A DNA stretch of 59,718 nucleotides, taken from IMG/VR virus record IMGVR_UViG_3300011115_000141, positions 1-59,718 of that record, one strand, 5' to 3'. Below the pieces are notes generated by a model that saw nothing but the letters and a program-made list of their open reading frames with translations, searched no databases and was not told the DNA's origin. Every line of letters begins with the position of its first letter. Within the stretch, counting starts at the first letter, position 1. Of the stretch, positions 8,020 through 16,746 are shown piece by piece. A program made the translations under genes and the position numbers. Source of the DNA: a virus. Taxonomy: Duplodnaviria > Caudoviricetes.

Positions 8020-9741
8020 ATGACTACAACAAACAATACATACGACCCCATCACTATGTGGGATAACTTTGCACGAGCACGCTACGCTGTGCGCTTGGTT
8101 CACGCTAACGTCAGACGGCAGTGGTCGCAGTGCACTGACGATGCTGAGTATGTCCGCCTCAGTGATAAGCACGAGGCTCGTAAGTGGGTCGTTCGTGAGG
8201 TTGAGCGTTACCCCATGCACCCTGTGATTGAAGCAGCAGTCATGGCCTCACGCCCATACGATTGGCAACAGTTGTTCCTTGAGTGGCCTCATGTATCCCA
8301 AGGTGATCGCTCCAAGATCGCCTACACACAGAACGAGGTCAAGGGTCAGAAAGATATTCAGACTGTCACATCAGTGGGCAAGTATCTCAACAGACACTTC
8401 GACTTACCCGATCACATCATTCGTGATCTCGTCTCACGCCATGGTTCGTCAGCCCGCTTTCAGTTTGTACACACCACCGCTGAGATGATCTACCACCTAC
8501 ATCGTGGCCCCAAGTCGTGCATGGTGTGGAGTGAGGATCATGGTATCAAGTGCGATGATGGCGTGACCCGTCACCCCTACGAGGCGTACGATCCCAAGTA
8601 CGGCTGGCACATGGCGGTGCGTGTCGAGGGCGACAACACCATGGGTCGTGCGCTGTGTATGACCAGCCCCATGGATGGCGTCAAGTATTTCGTTCGCAGT
8701 TACCTACGCCCATCCAACGAGTCAAGCTACAGTCAGACAGATGATGGCATGGATACATGGCTTCGTGAGCAGGGCTATACCAAGGAGGGTTACTGGCGTG
8801 AGGGTGAGAAGATGGCACACCATCCTGCACGAGACAGTTTCCTTGCACCCTACCTCGATGGCGGTGAGCGTTGCGTTGCGGTCAATGAGCGTGAGCGTTG
8901 GCTTGAGATCGACTCCAACGGGTCATGGATATGTGAGAACACTGGCGGGTACGCTACGAGCAACGAAGAGGACGAGAATCGTTTCGAGTGCGCTTGCTGT
9001 GGTGACAACACCGATGAAGATGACGGCTATTGGGTTGAGCGTGGTGAGGATACCCGTGTCTGTGAGTCGTGCTTCAACCATGAGTACACCTATGTGTACG
9101 GCAGACGTGGCAATCAGTACCATGTACACAACGACAACGCTGTGTATGTCGAGTCCAACAGTGAGCACTACGACCAAGACTATCTTGCTGACAACGAGAT
9201 CGTTGAGCTTACGAATGGTGAGTACGAGCAGATGGAGGAGGCCATTGAGATCAATGGTGACTGGTACACGATAGACGATGACCGCATCTGTAGGTTCGAG
9301 GACACCGATGAGTACGGCCTGACCGAGGACGGATGGCAGTGCGCTCAGTCTTGCAACTGGTACACCGATGACTGCACCGACTTCACCGAATTCAAAGGTG
9401 AGCGTTACCACGATGACTACATCCCGCAAGAGATAGCTGATGCGACTGTTGACAAGCGCATTGATGAGGACGAGGGTATGCCGACCATGCTCACGATGGA
9501 GATGCTCGACAAGGTGTTGATGATATGGGACTACGCCTGTTATGCCGACCGAGTAAAGATCAGCCTGACCTACACGCTTGATGGACGTATGCTGTACACC
9601 GAGCGTGTCTTCACACTGGAGTTCATTAGCGGTATTGACAACGAGGCGTTCACCAAACTGATACGCACCGAACTCAGCACCAACCTCATGGCACAAGCCA
9701 ATGAGATCGCAAACAAATACTTAGAAACCCAAGGAGAATGA
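8020..9741 (+). CDS. Large early protein with GPKSCM motif, CxxC pairs and acidic repeats
   Basis: 573 aa, strong RBS; CACC...CESC putative Zn site; D/E-rich C-terminal half; coupled to the downstream peptidase. Confidence 0.75.
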   Translation: MTTTNNTYDPITMWDNFARARYAVRLVHANVRRQWSQCTDDAEYVRLSDKHEARKWVVREVERYPMHPVIEAAVMASRPYDWQQLFLEWPHVSQGDRSKIAYTQNEVKGQKDIQTVTSVGKYLNRHFDLPDHIIRDLVSRHGSSARFQFVHTTAEMIYHLHRGPKSCMVWSEDHGIKCDDGVTRHPYEAYDPKYGWHMAVRVEGDNTMGRALCMTSPMDGVKYFVRSYLRPSNESSYSQTDDGMDTWLREQGYTKEGYWREGEKMAHHPARDSFLAPYLDGGERCVAVNERERWLEIDSNGSWICENTGGYATSNEEDENRFECACCGDNTDEDDGYWVERGEDTRVCESCFNHEYTYVYGRRGNQYHVHNDNAVYVESNSEHYDQDYLADNEIVELTNGEYEQMEEAIEINGDWYTIDDDRICRFEDTDEYGLTEDGWQCAQSCNWYTDDCTDFTEFKGERYHDDYIPQEIADATVDKRIDEDEGMPTMLTMEMLDKVLMIWDYACYADRVKISLTYTLDGRMLYTERVFTLEFISGIDNEAFTKLIRTELSTNLMAQANEIANKYLETQGE

Positions 9742-10877
9742 ACATGAACAAGAAATCCATATTACACAAAACCCTAGCTCGGGCGTTGTCTGCCAAACGG
9801 CCACACAATACTGTCGCTGTGTCTGACTTCACCGAGTGGCTATTCAATGCGCTACCTGCTGAACTCAAGTCGTTCACATCTGTGGATGGTGCAGGCAATC
9901 TTCACATCGACAACCGCATCGCAGGCAGTCGCACACTGTTTATCGCTCACGTTGACACAGTACACAAAGAGACAGGTGCTAACAAGATCAGGAAGACTGC
10001 GACTCACTGGTATGCCGATGGCGCCCCTCTCGGTGCTGACGATGGTGCGGGTGTGGCCATGCTCATGCACCTGATACATGCAGACATCAAGGGCTACTAC
10101 ATCTTCAGTCAAGGCGAGGAGTGCGGTGGCATCGGGGCTAAGCACATCGCTACGCATCACACAGACTTGCTTGCTCAGTTCGATCGTGCCATTGCGTTCG
10201 ACAGACGCGGTATCGACAGCATCATCAGTCATCAGGGTATGGGTCGATGTGCATCCGATGTGTTCTGTCAGGCACTGGCCAATGACCTCAACGCCTTTGA
10301 CGACACGCTTATGTATTCCCCTGATGACACTGGCGTGTACACCGACACTGCTGAGTTCACAGACATCATCCCCGAATGTACAAACATCAGCGTGGGCTAC
10401 TACAGTGAGCATGGTGACCAAGAGAACCTAGACATCGTGCACTTCGAGGCACTGTCCAACGCAGTGCTCAAGGTGATGTGGGATATGCTGCCTACTGATC
10501 GTGACCCGACTGTGCCTGAGTACAAGACGTACAAGTACGACACTGCATGGTGGACTAACTACAGTGTGTATGACGATGCGACTGCACACAATACAAAGCT
10601 CGACAGCAAATACTTCGGCAAGTGGCAAGACGATGACTACTGGGAGACGGAGGACTTGCTTGACGCCATTGACGATGCGCTTGAGGAACGCTACGACTTT
10701 TTGCTTGAGCTTATCAGCGAGGCGGTGTACCCTGAAGATCCATTGATTGCTGTGCGGTTCCTCAACCGCAGGCTACTCACCAAAGAATTACTACAAGAGG
10801 CCATCACAATGGCTCACACCTACGACTCGGCAACTGTACTGTGTACGTTGTTCGATGCCATTCACTGTGAAGCATAA
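9738..10877 (+). CDS. M20/M28-family Zn-dependent peptidase/amidohydrolase
   Basis: Metal-ligand motifs AHVDTV, LGADDGAG, GEECGGIG, AFDRRG, YTD and NISVGYYSEH; start may be ATG 9744. Confidence 0.85.
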   Translation: MNMNKKSILHKTLARALSAKRPHNTVAVSDFTEWLFNALPAELKSFTSVDGAGNLHIDNRIAGSRTLFIAHVDTVHKETGANKIRKTATHWYADGAPLGADDGAGVAMLMHLIHADIKGYYIFSQGEECGGIGAKHIATHHTDLLAQFDRAIAFDRRGIDSIISHQGMGRCASDVFCQALANDLNAFDDTLMYSPDDTGVYTDTAEFTDIIPECTNISVGYYSEHGDQENLDIVHFEALSNAVLKVMWDMLPTDRDPTVPEYKTYKYDTAWWTNYSVYDDATAHNTKLDSKYFGKWQDDDYWETEDLLDAIDDALEERYDFLLELISEAVYPEDPLIAVRFLNRRLLTKELLQEAITMAHTYDSATVLCTLFDAIHCEA

Positions 10878-10915
10878 ACGGGTCACTGTGACCCGTATTT
10901 AAAAGGAGAAAGTAA

Positions 10916-11704
10916 ATGACCCCCAACATAATGCAAGCGGTCAAGAATGTGTATACCGAAGGCGACCCGATGGACTACACATGGGTTGACCTCGGTGACT
11001 TCTCTACGATGGATGATGATGTGTACGATAAGACGATGGACGCCATCCCTGATCTGTTTGCGTCTGACCCTGCTGATCTGATGCTACCCTTTGAACAGAT
11101 GGGTATCGTTCGGTATCAAGACAAGCAACCCGCACCGCTTAGCATAACCATCGAGCGTGGTGATGGTGCGTTGACTGTGCGCTTGCGTGGTAGGAATGGT
11201 GACGTAGGGGCAATACGCAGTACAGGCAAAGAGCAGTTTCTTTCTATGCCACCAAACCAAACCGCCGAAAGCTACATACAAGCGTTGAGAGATAAGGGGA
11301 TGGAGCCTTCCGAAGAAGGGCTTACTCCTGAGCGCTACATGTATCAAATATGGAGTTCAATGGCCAGCCATCAGTATGCAGAGTACATGCGCAGGGCTAT
11401 GGATATGCACGAGAGAACCCGTGTGTACAAACCCATCGCATCGCCGTCCAACAGTAAGCGTATCCGCAAAGGCAAGCACCCCTTGTTCGAGTGGAAGGTT
11501 ATTGATGTGACTGCTAGACCTGAAGACCACGACATCGTGGCGACAGGCAATGGGCGTAACAGCCCACGACAACACAAGAGACGCGGACATTTCAGGCAGT
11601 ACAAGGATGGACGCAGAACTTGGATACCCGAAGCCCTAGTGGGTAAGATTGAGTTTGGTTATATCTATCACAGCTATACAGCTACACGACAAAGGAGAAA
11701 GTAA
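10916..11704 (+). CDS. Hypothetical protein with C-terminal SPRxHxRRGHxR motif
   Basis: Strong RBS; basic motif SPRQHKRRGHFR...W, recurrent in phage proteins of unknown function. Confidence 0.7.
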   Translation: MTPNIMQAVKNVYTEGDPMDYTWVDLGDFSTMDDDVYDKTMDAIPDLFASDPADLMLPFEQMGIVRYQDKQPAPLSITIERGDGALTVRLRGRNGDVGAIRSTGKEQFLSMPPNQTAESYIQALRDKGMEPSEEGLTPERYMYQIWSSMASHQYAEYMRRAMDMHERTRVYKPIASPSNSKRIRKGKHPLFEWKVIDVTARPEDHDIVATGNGRNSPRQHKRRGHFRQYKDGRRTWIPEALVGKIEFGYIYHSYTATRQRRK

Positions 11705-11953
11705 ATGACTGACGCACAACTGCAAATGATGGCCGATGATCTCGTGGCCAAGTACAAACACGAGATCGCTAGAGATGGCGACTGGTGGCACGGCACGGAC
11801 GATTACTCGTTCAACATCCATTCACCCGATGAGGATGATTGGTTCAATGTGAATGTGTACAAGGTTGATCCAGTTACGGGCATGGACAACTACGAGTGGA
11901 TGATTGACCTACCCCATGTGTTTATTAAAGGAGAAATTAAATGTATGACTTAA
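11705..11953 (+). CDS. Hypothetical protein
   Basis: AGGAGAAAG RBS, 82 aa. Confidence 0.7.
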   Translation: MTDAQLQMMADDLVAKYKHEIARDGDWWHGTDDYSFNIHSPDEDDWFNVNVYKVDPVTGMDNYEWMIDLPHVFIKGEIKCMT

Positions 11954-12177
11954 CTACCAAAGAGGGCATGGCCAACGCCATGCGGTGGACACAACAACTG
12001 TTCGACACGCTCAGTGACAAGAGTACATGGGGTGTGCCCCGCTCGGGTACAACTGTGCAGATCGACAAAGCCACTAAGACCGCAACGATCACGTATAACT
12101 TCACGCCTGACCCTAGCATCGCGCAGGTCATCGAGGCTATGGGGTGGACAGTCATAACCAAAGGAGAGAGTAAATGA
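11941..12177 (+). CDS. Hypothetical protein
   Basis: AAAGGAG RBS, 78 aa. Confidence 0.7.
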   Translation: MYDLTTKEGMANAMRWTQQLFDTLSDKSTWGVPRSGTTVQIDKATKTATITYNFTPDPSIAQVIEAMGWTVITKGESK

Positions 12178-12464
12178 AACCTGAGACACGAATAAAGGTT
12201 GAGTACCGCAAGTGGTGCAAAGATACCTTCGCCGATTACAGGGTCAAGGATTTCCCATGCCAAGGGCGGATGTATGAAATATGGAAAGCAGCTTGGATTG
12301 CAAGCGCAATATTTATCAAGGAGGAAGCAATGAAGTATGTAGTTAGAAACCACAACGGCACGCTCTTGGGAGTATTCAATACCAAGCGTAAAGCTGAGAA
12401 AGAAGCCAAAGAGTATCGGTATCAAACAGGCAATGTCGCCTATGTAGAAAGGGAGGAAGTATGA
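12174..12464 (+). CDS. Hypothetical protein (possible internal start at 12330)
   Basis: AAGGAG RBS; a second RBS AAGGAGG precedes in-frame ATG 12330. Confidence 0.6.
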   Translation: MKPETRIKVEYRKWCKDTFADYRVKDFPCQGRMYEIWKAAWIASAIFIKEEAMKYVVRNHNGTLLGVFNTKRKAEKEAKEYRYQTGNVAYVEREEV

Positions 12465-12826
12465 ACGGACTAGATAACCACTACGCCAACATGTTGGCAG
12501 ATCACCAACGCATGCTCGATGAGCAAGCACAGAAGGAGGAAGAGATGGACAGCTTCAAAGACAAGATAGCGTTGCTACTTGAGGAGAACCACCCCTCTGA
12601 ACTGGAGAGGCTCACGGGTGTGGACGACACAACGTGCAAGAAGGTTGTGCACCAACTGTACATGGATGGGTTCAATGACCCTGACTGTTGGGAACCTGAG
12701 AGGGTAGGTGACATATGGGTCATCTTCGGCAAGACATGCGATGAGTGGATAGATGAGAACGGCGACTACCTCGGCTTCGATACCAAGCGCGAAGCTAACG
12801 ATTACATCAAGGAGACATTTAAATGA
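12461..12826 (+). CDS. Hypothetical acidic protein
   Basis: GGAGG RBS, ATGA coupling. Confidence 0.7.
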   Translation: MNGLDNHYANMLADHQRMLDEQAQKEEEMDSFKDKIALLLEENHPSELERLTGVDDTTCKKVVHQLYMDGFNDPDCWEPERVGDIWVIFGKTCDEWIDENGDYLGFDTKREANDYIKETFK

Positions 12827-12996
12827 CACCAGAACAAATTGAACGGATGTTCGGCAAAGAAGCATTGGATATGCTGTATGACTGCCTGCTACAAAACCCA
12901 GTGCATGACCTAGCCGATTGGATTCTTGCGTACCATGACGAACAGCAAATCGGTGATTGGATTGTTGGCCTGAAAGCAGACGAGGAGGAGGCATGA
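12823..12996 (+). CDS. Small hypothetical protein (57 aa, not in ORF track)
   Basis: AAGGAG RBS, ATGA coupling; MTPEQIERMFGKEALDMLYDCLL...EEEA. Confidence 0.6.
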   Translation: MTPEQIERMFGKEALDMLYDCLLQNPVHDLADWILAYHDEQQIGDWIVGLKADEEEA

Positions 12997-13085
12997 TGAC
13001 GCCCTACGAAAAGTTCGAGCGGGTAATACTTTTGTTAGCGGTCATTGTCGTTACCCTTGACCTCTTTTACTGGAGGCCCTTTTGA
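12993..13085 (+). CDS. 30-aa single-pass membrane microprotein (not in ORF track)
   Basis: GGAGGAGG RBS, ATGA coupling; MMTPYEKFERVILLLAVIVVTLDLFYWRPF. Confidence 0.55.
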   Translation: MMTPYEKFERVILLLAVIVVTLDLFYWRPF

Positions 13086-13108
13086 CTACTATCAACAACC
13101 TCTTTTCT

Positions 13109-13151
13109 AGGGGAATTCCCCTTGACTTCTGTCTAAGCCTAGACAAATAAT
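13109..13151 (+). promoter_or_regulatory. sigma70-like promoter with operator B in the spacer and an upstream 14-bp palindrome
   Basis: AGGGGAATTCCCCT (13109-13122), TTGACT (13122-13127), TGTCTAAGCCTAGACA (13130-13145), AATAAT (13146-13151, 18-bp spacer). Confidence 0.6.
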
Positions 13152-13172
13152 GGCAAAACTAAGGAGAAAGCT

Positions 13173-13385
13173 ATGCAAAAAAACATACCCTACGACACGG
13201 GCAAGGTCAAGATTGGCCTATTTTATTCACCCCCACCACCCCCAACCACGCCCGAGGACAACTGGGTGCAATCCATTCTGCTTGGCGACAGGCAGGGTAT
13301 GTCCGAGCTTACGCTCGTGACCATTCAATCCATCGGGCTTATAGCCTTCATCATCATTGGCATTCTTTTAACAGGAGGAAACTAA
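13173..13385 (+). CDS. Small protein with C-terminal TM helix
   Basis: AAGGAGAAAG RBS; hydrophobic C-terminus. Confidence 0.65.
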   Translation: MQKNIPYDTGKVKIGLFYSPPPPPTTPEDNWVQSILLGDRQGMSELTLVTIQSIGLIAFIIIGILLTGGN

Positions 13386-14018
13386 ATGCCTGACATCCAA
13401 ACCGCGTTAAGTAACGCACTCAAAACCACAATCAACGACTGGGAGAAAGACGATATGCAAATCACACAAACCAACACACAATCAAAGTCCACTAAATTCT
13501 TTGACATCACCAACAATGTAACCCGCGCAACCTTCGACTACGTGAAGAACCATCCTAATGAAACCTCGCCCGAGATATGTGCAAGCATGGCTAGGCTAGG
13601 GTACAAGGAAAGCTCAGTGGGGTCACTCATTGCGCAGTTTGCCAAGCAGGGCTTGGCTGAGAGAGATGACAGGGGCAGGTACATCACCATCGTGGACGAG
13701 TATCGACCACTCAAAGCCAAAAAGAAAATACTTACGGTTGTGCCCAAGCCAGTCGAGGCCAAGCGCAAGTATGTCAAGAAAAGCGATACTGCGGGAGGCA
13801 TCGGTGCACTGTTGAAGGAGAAGCTGGAGAACACCCCTATGCCTAGCCAAGACGCGCTTGATGCTGCGGCCTACGCCATGGGTACTGCGCGTGTGGACGT
13901 AAACAAACGCATGGTCTCCCTCGTACGCGTGAAGTCACCCGAAGATGTTTTGAAGGACATGACTGTGTATCAAGCGCATGAGTTGTACCGCCACCTTAAA
14001 GAAATGTTTGGAGGGTGA
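13386..14018 (+). CDS. Putative winged-HTH DNA-binding protein
   Basis: AGGAGG RBS; FDYVKNHPNETSPEI...SSVGSLIAQFAKQGL..RDDRGRY resembles a wHTH. Confidence 0.55.
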   Translation: MPDIQTALSNALKTTINDWEKDDMQITQTNTQSKSTKFFDITNNVTRATFDYVKNHPNETSPEICASMARLGYKESSVGSLIAQFAKQGLAERDDRGRYITIVDEYRPLKAKKKILTVVPKPVEAKRKYVKKSDTAGGIGALLKEKLENTPMPSQDALDAAAYAMGTARVDVNKRMVSLVRVKSPEDVLKDMTVYQAHELYRHLKEMFGG

Positions 14019-14019
14019 A

Positions 14020-14814
14020 ATGTACGAAGACGAACCAGTCAACGAGTATCGCATCAAAGTCACAGTTAGAAACAATCTGATCTTGAACGCGATTGAGAAC
14101 GCTGGGTATAAAAGTGTGTCAGAGTTTTGTCGTGCGGTTAATTTGCCAAAGACTGCGCTGACAGAACTAATAGCCATGCGTAAGCCTCCTCTCAATCAAA
14201 ACGGGGAGTTCAGTGAGCATGCCAAGGCGCTCATGGAGGAGTTGTGTGCACTGCCAACCGATCTGTGGACATCCGAGCAACTAACGCTGAAACTTAAACG
14301 CAATACCGCACAACGTGATGTAAGCTCTGAAGGTATGCGTGCTGCTCTCGGGATGCACGCGGAGGAGATGCTTGAGTTGATGAGGCCCGATGACCCTGAC
14401 GAAGCTGTGCTCAAGCATGAGACGGTGAGTCTCGTGGAGAAACAACTGGATTCCATTACTCCGCGTGAAGCCTTGGTACTGCGTATGCACTTTGGCATCG
14501 GTTGCGAGGAACACACGCTTGATGAAATTGGAGAAAAGCTTGATGTAACGCGAGAACGTATACGGCAGATCGAGGCCAAGGCTTTGCGTAAATTAAAACA
14601 CCCGTCAAGGTCTGATGAACTGCGTCAGCTATTGCCTGCGTACGAGCGATCTCCCGATCAAAAACAAAAAGCAAAACCGCCTGCGTGTGAGAATGTGTAT
14701 CACCAGTTCTACATGAACCCAAACGGAGTAAGTGTCTGCGCTCACTGCGGTATTGGGGAAGAACGTTTTAACAATATCAAAGAGTATTCACATCTTATGA
14801 AGGAGCAACAATGA
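14020..14814 (+). CDS. HTH plus sigma70 region-4-like protein
   Basis: ITPREALVLRMHFGI...TLDEIGEKLDVTRERIRQIEAKALRKLKHPSRS closely matches RpoD region 4; N-terminal SVSEFCRAVNLPKTALTELI is XRE-like; no region 2 is recognisable. Confidence 0.85.
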   Translation: MYEDEPVNEYRIKVTVRNNLILNAIENAGYKSVSEFCRAVNLPKTALTELIAMRKPPLNQNGEFSEHAKALMEELCALPTDLWTSEQLTLKLKRNTAQRDVSSEGMRAALGMHAEEMLELMRPDDPDEAVLKHETVSLVEKQLDSITPREALVLRMHFGIGCEEHTLDEIGEKLDVTRERIRQIEAKALRKLKHPSRSDELRQLLPAYERSPDQKQKAKPPACENVYHQFYMNPNGVSVCAHCGIGEERFNNIKEYSHLMKEQQ

Positions 14815-14987
14815 ACGACGACGATGACATCCAAGAGTACGTTAGCAATAATTTTGCGCAAACATTTAAACAAGTGGTTCGCAATGAGACTTTAGAAGAA
14901 GTTGCCCGTGAGTTTGAAAAGATGAAAGTTTTTGAAGCAGACACCATGGCAAGCATTGCCGTGAATATAAGGAATATGAAACGATGA
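14811..14987 (+). CDS. Small hypothetical protein (58 aa, not in ORF track)
   Basis: AAGGAG RBS; MNDDDDIQEYV...RNETLEEVAREFEKMK. Confidence 0.6.
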   Translation: MNDDDDIQEYVSNNFAQTFKQVVRNETLEEVAREFEKMKVFEADTMASIAVNIRNMKR

Positions 14988-15175
14988 ACGGTTTTGTTAG
15001 ACGGCAACTGGCCATTGGTGGCATACAGCCCATGCACAAGTACAAAGAGTGTGCTCAGTGCAACGAGATGAAACCACCTGAAGGCGGTATTGAGATGAGC
15101 CAAACTAAGTGGCACTGCGCAAGATGCTGGGCCAACCGAGTCATAAGTAGGAATTTAAAAAATGCCAAGACCTAA
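14984..15175 (+). CDS. Small Zn-finger protein
   Basis: CAQC...CARC. Confidence 0.6.
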   Translation: MNGFVRRQLAIGGIQPMHKYKECAQCNEMKPPEGGIEMSQTKWHCARCWANRVISRNLKNAKT

Positions 15176-15383
15176 ACCACCTGAAAAACTACTGGGAAGA
15201 CAAGTCCGAATGTCTGACAGACACTGGATGATATTGCAACAACTTGGCGGGGCTGAATGGTTGAGGACTATCCTTGACAAGAAGGCGCCCATGCCCAAGA
15301 AGTATTACGACAACGAACTGGCGCGTATGCACAACCCTGCTGACGCTGTATTTTTAAAACGAAGGAGAGAAGAAAATGATTGA
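15162..15383 (+). CDS. Putative ribbon-helix-helix DNA-binding protein
   Basis: MPRPK...RQVRMSD..W..LQQLGGAEWLR pattern. Confidence 0.55.
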   Translation: MPRPKPPEKLLGRQVRMSDRHWMILQQLGGAEWLRTILDKKAPMPKKYYDNELARMHNPADAVFLKRRREEND

Positions 15384-15945
15384 ACTGATTGAAGACGGTA
15401 CAGAGCCAACTTATGTGAGCCTCTACGAAGGTGCTACGCTTGAGCAAGCTGGGCATATATGGGGTAGCGTTATCAAGAGCGATGGTGGCCACTGCCCTGT
15501 GTGCAACAGATGGGGTAAGCTGTACCGGCGCGGTATTAGTGCGTCCATGGCACGGCAGTTAATATGGTTGTGCTTACAAGACCCGCGTGAAGATGGCTGG
15601 GTGGACGTACAACGCACCGCACCCGTGTGGTTGCTACGCTCCCCTCAACTTGGTACTTTGCGGCACTGGGGCATGGTACTGGATGCGCCTGTGAAGGGTG
15701 CGAAGAGCCGTACGGCAGGACTGTGGAAGCCGACAGCCATAGGCTTGGAGTTTGCATACAACAAACTTTCTGTGCCCAAGTACAAGTACATCTACAACGA
15801 CACCGTGTTTGATACCGAAGGCGCTGACGTCACCATTCTCGATTGCATTGGTGAACACTTTGATTACAACGAACTTATGAATGCAAACTATTATGGCGAA
15901 TACACCGGAAACGAAAGTGAAGACGGCAGTGAGGAAAATGCTTAA
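15376..15945 (+). CDS. Hypothetical protein with CxxC
   Basis: AAGGAG RBS; CPVC motif. Confidence 0.65.
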   Translation: MIELIEDGTEPTYVSLYEGATLEQAGHIWGSVIKSDGGHCPVCNRWGKLYRRGISASMARQLIWLCLQDPREDGWVDVQRTAPVWLLRSPQLGTLRHWGMVLDAPVKGAKSRTAGLWKPTAIGLEFAYNKLSVPKYKYIYNDTVFDTEGADVTILDCIGEHFDYNELMNANYYGEYTGNESEDGSEENA

Positions 15946-16204
15946 TGCCTTTGACATCTACCACTTCATGCCCCCTGCTAACGGCTTTGGCCGTGCAGGG
16001 ATACCTGACATCATTGGCTGTATGGATGGACACTTCATCGCCATCGAGTGCAAGGCAGGCAAAGGCACAACCACAGCCCTTCAAGACAGAGAACTCAACG
16101 CCATCCTTAACCATGGCGGAACAGTTTTCATTGCTAGAGAAGACAACCTTGAAGACTTACAACAACTACTGATGGGACTACGAGATGAGCTACATAGAAC
16201 CTGA
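15893..16204 (+). CDS. VRR-NUC family nuclease (Holliday-junction resolvase-like)
   Basis: TPE...GIPDII...FIAIECKA...TALQ...GG, the PD-(D/E)XK VRR-NUC signature. Confidence 0.85.
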   Translation: MANTPETKVKTAVRKMLNAFDIYHFMPPANGFGRAGIPDIIGCMDGHFIAIECKAGKGTTTALQDRELNAILNHGGTVFIAREDNLEDLQQLLMGLRDELHRT

Positions 16205-16481
16205 TTTCGCAATGACAGACGAGGAGCTACACCGCAGAGTCGTGGCTATGTCAGATGATGAGCAAGAACACTTCAGGCTACTGATCCACAAGTTGGTGAT
16301 GTGCTATGGAGAAGGCAAGGCGCAAGGCGTTGTCGTCATTGGCCGCGCTGAAGATCAACTGGCAGGAGTCGTTACGCTAAACTGTAACGAGATGGAGGCG
16401 TCGCAACTCATGTTGGCGGCAAACGATTTTTTCGGCTTTCTAAACGTCCTCGACGCACCACCAAAAGAAAACTTTAACTGA
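16185..16481 (+). CDS. Hypothetical protein
   Basis: 98-aa ORF in the operon. Confidence 0.65.
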   Translation: MSYIEPDFAMTDEELHRRVVAMSDDEQEHFRLLIHKLVMCYGEGKAQGVVVIGRAEDQLAGVVTLNCNEMEASQLMLAANDFFGFLNVLDAPPKENFN

Positions 16482-16491
16482 AGGAGATAAC

Positions 16492-16746
16492 ATGAAAGAA
16501 GAATGGCTAATGCCCGGAGCCGTAGTTCCGGTAGACATAGAAACAATACAAGCGCTTGTTGAGGAAATCAAAAGACTGATTGATGTTGTTGGTGGCATGG
16601 CGTTGAATCAACAGGAAGAACGCGCAGAGTCGCAGGGCAAGATCGAAACCCTGCACGCCATGTACGAACTGGCAAGCAAGCAACGAGATACTTTGATGGA
16701 CGAACAGCGAGCACAGGTTGCGGCTATGCGCGGGAGGATTCAATGA
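16492..16746 (+). CDS. Hypothetical coiled-coil protein
   Basis: AAGGAG RBS. Confidence 0.65.
   Translation: MKEEWLMPGAVVPVDIETIQALVEEIKRLIDVVGGMALNQQEERAESQGKIETLHAMYELASKQRDTLMDEQRAQVAAMRGRIQ

Larger units (their letters stand above)
5571..10894. repeat. Dispersed palindrome type A, GGGTCA-CWN-TGACCC (6 copies)
   Basis: Copies at 5571-5585, 6094-6108, 6502-6516, 7698-7712, 7984-7998 and 10880-10894, mostly just after stop codons in the early region. Confidence 0.9.

Noticed and set aside
8923-9696. 257-aa minus-strand ORF, and similar shadow ORFs such as 19780-20544, 32947-33603 and 41112-41762
   Set aside because: These are antisense or alternate-frame shadows of well-supported genes, with no recognisable motifs.
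5571-10894. Resemblance of GGTCAnnnTGACC to a eukaryotic nuclear-receptor element
   Set aside because: Coincidental; the context is entirely bacteriophage.
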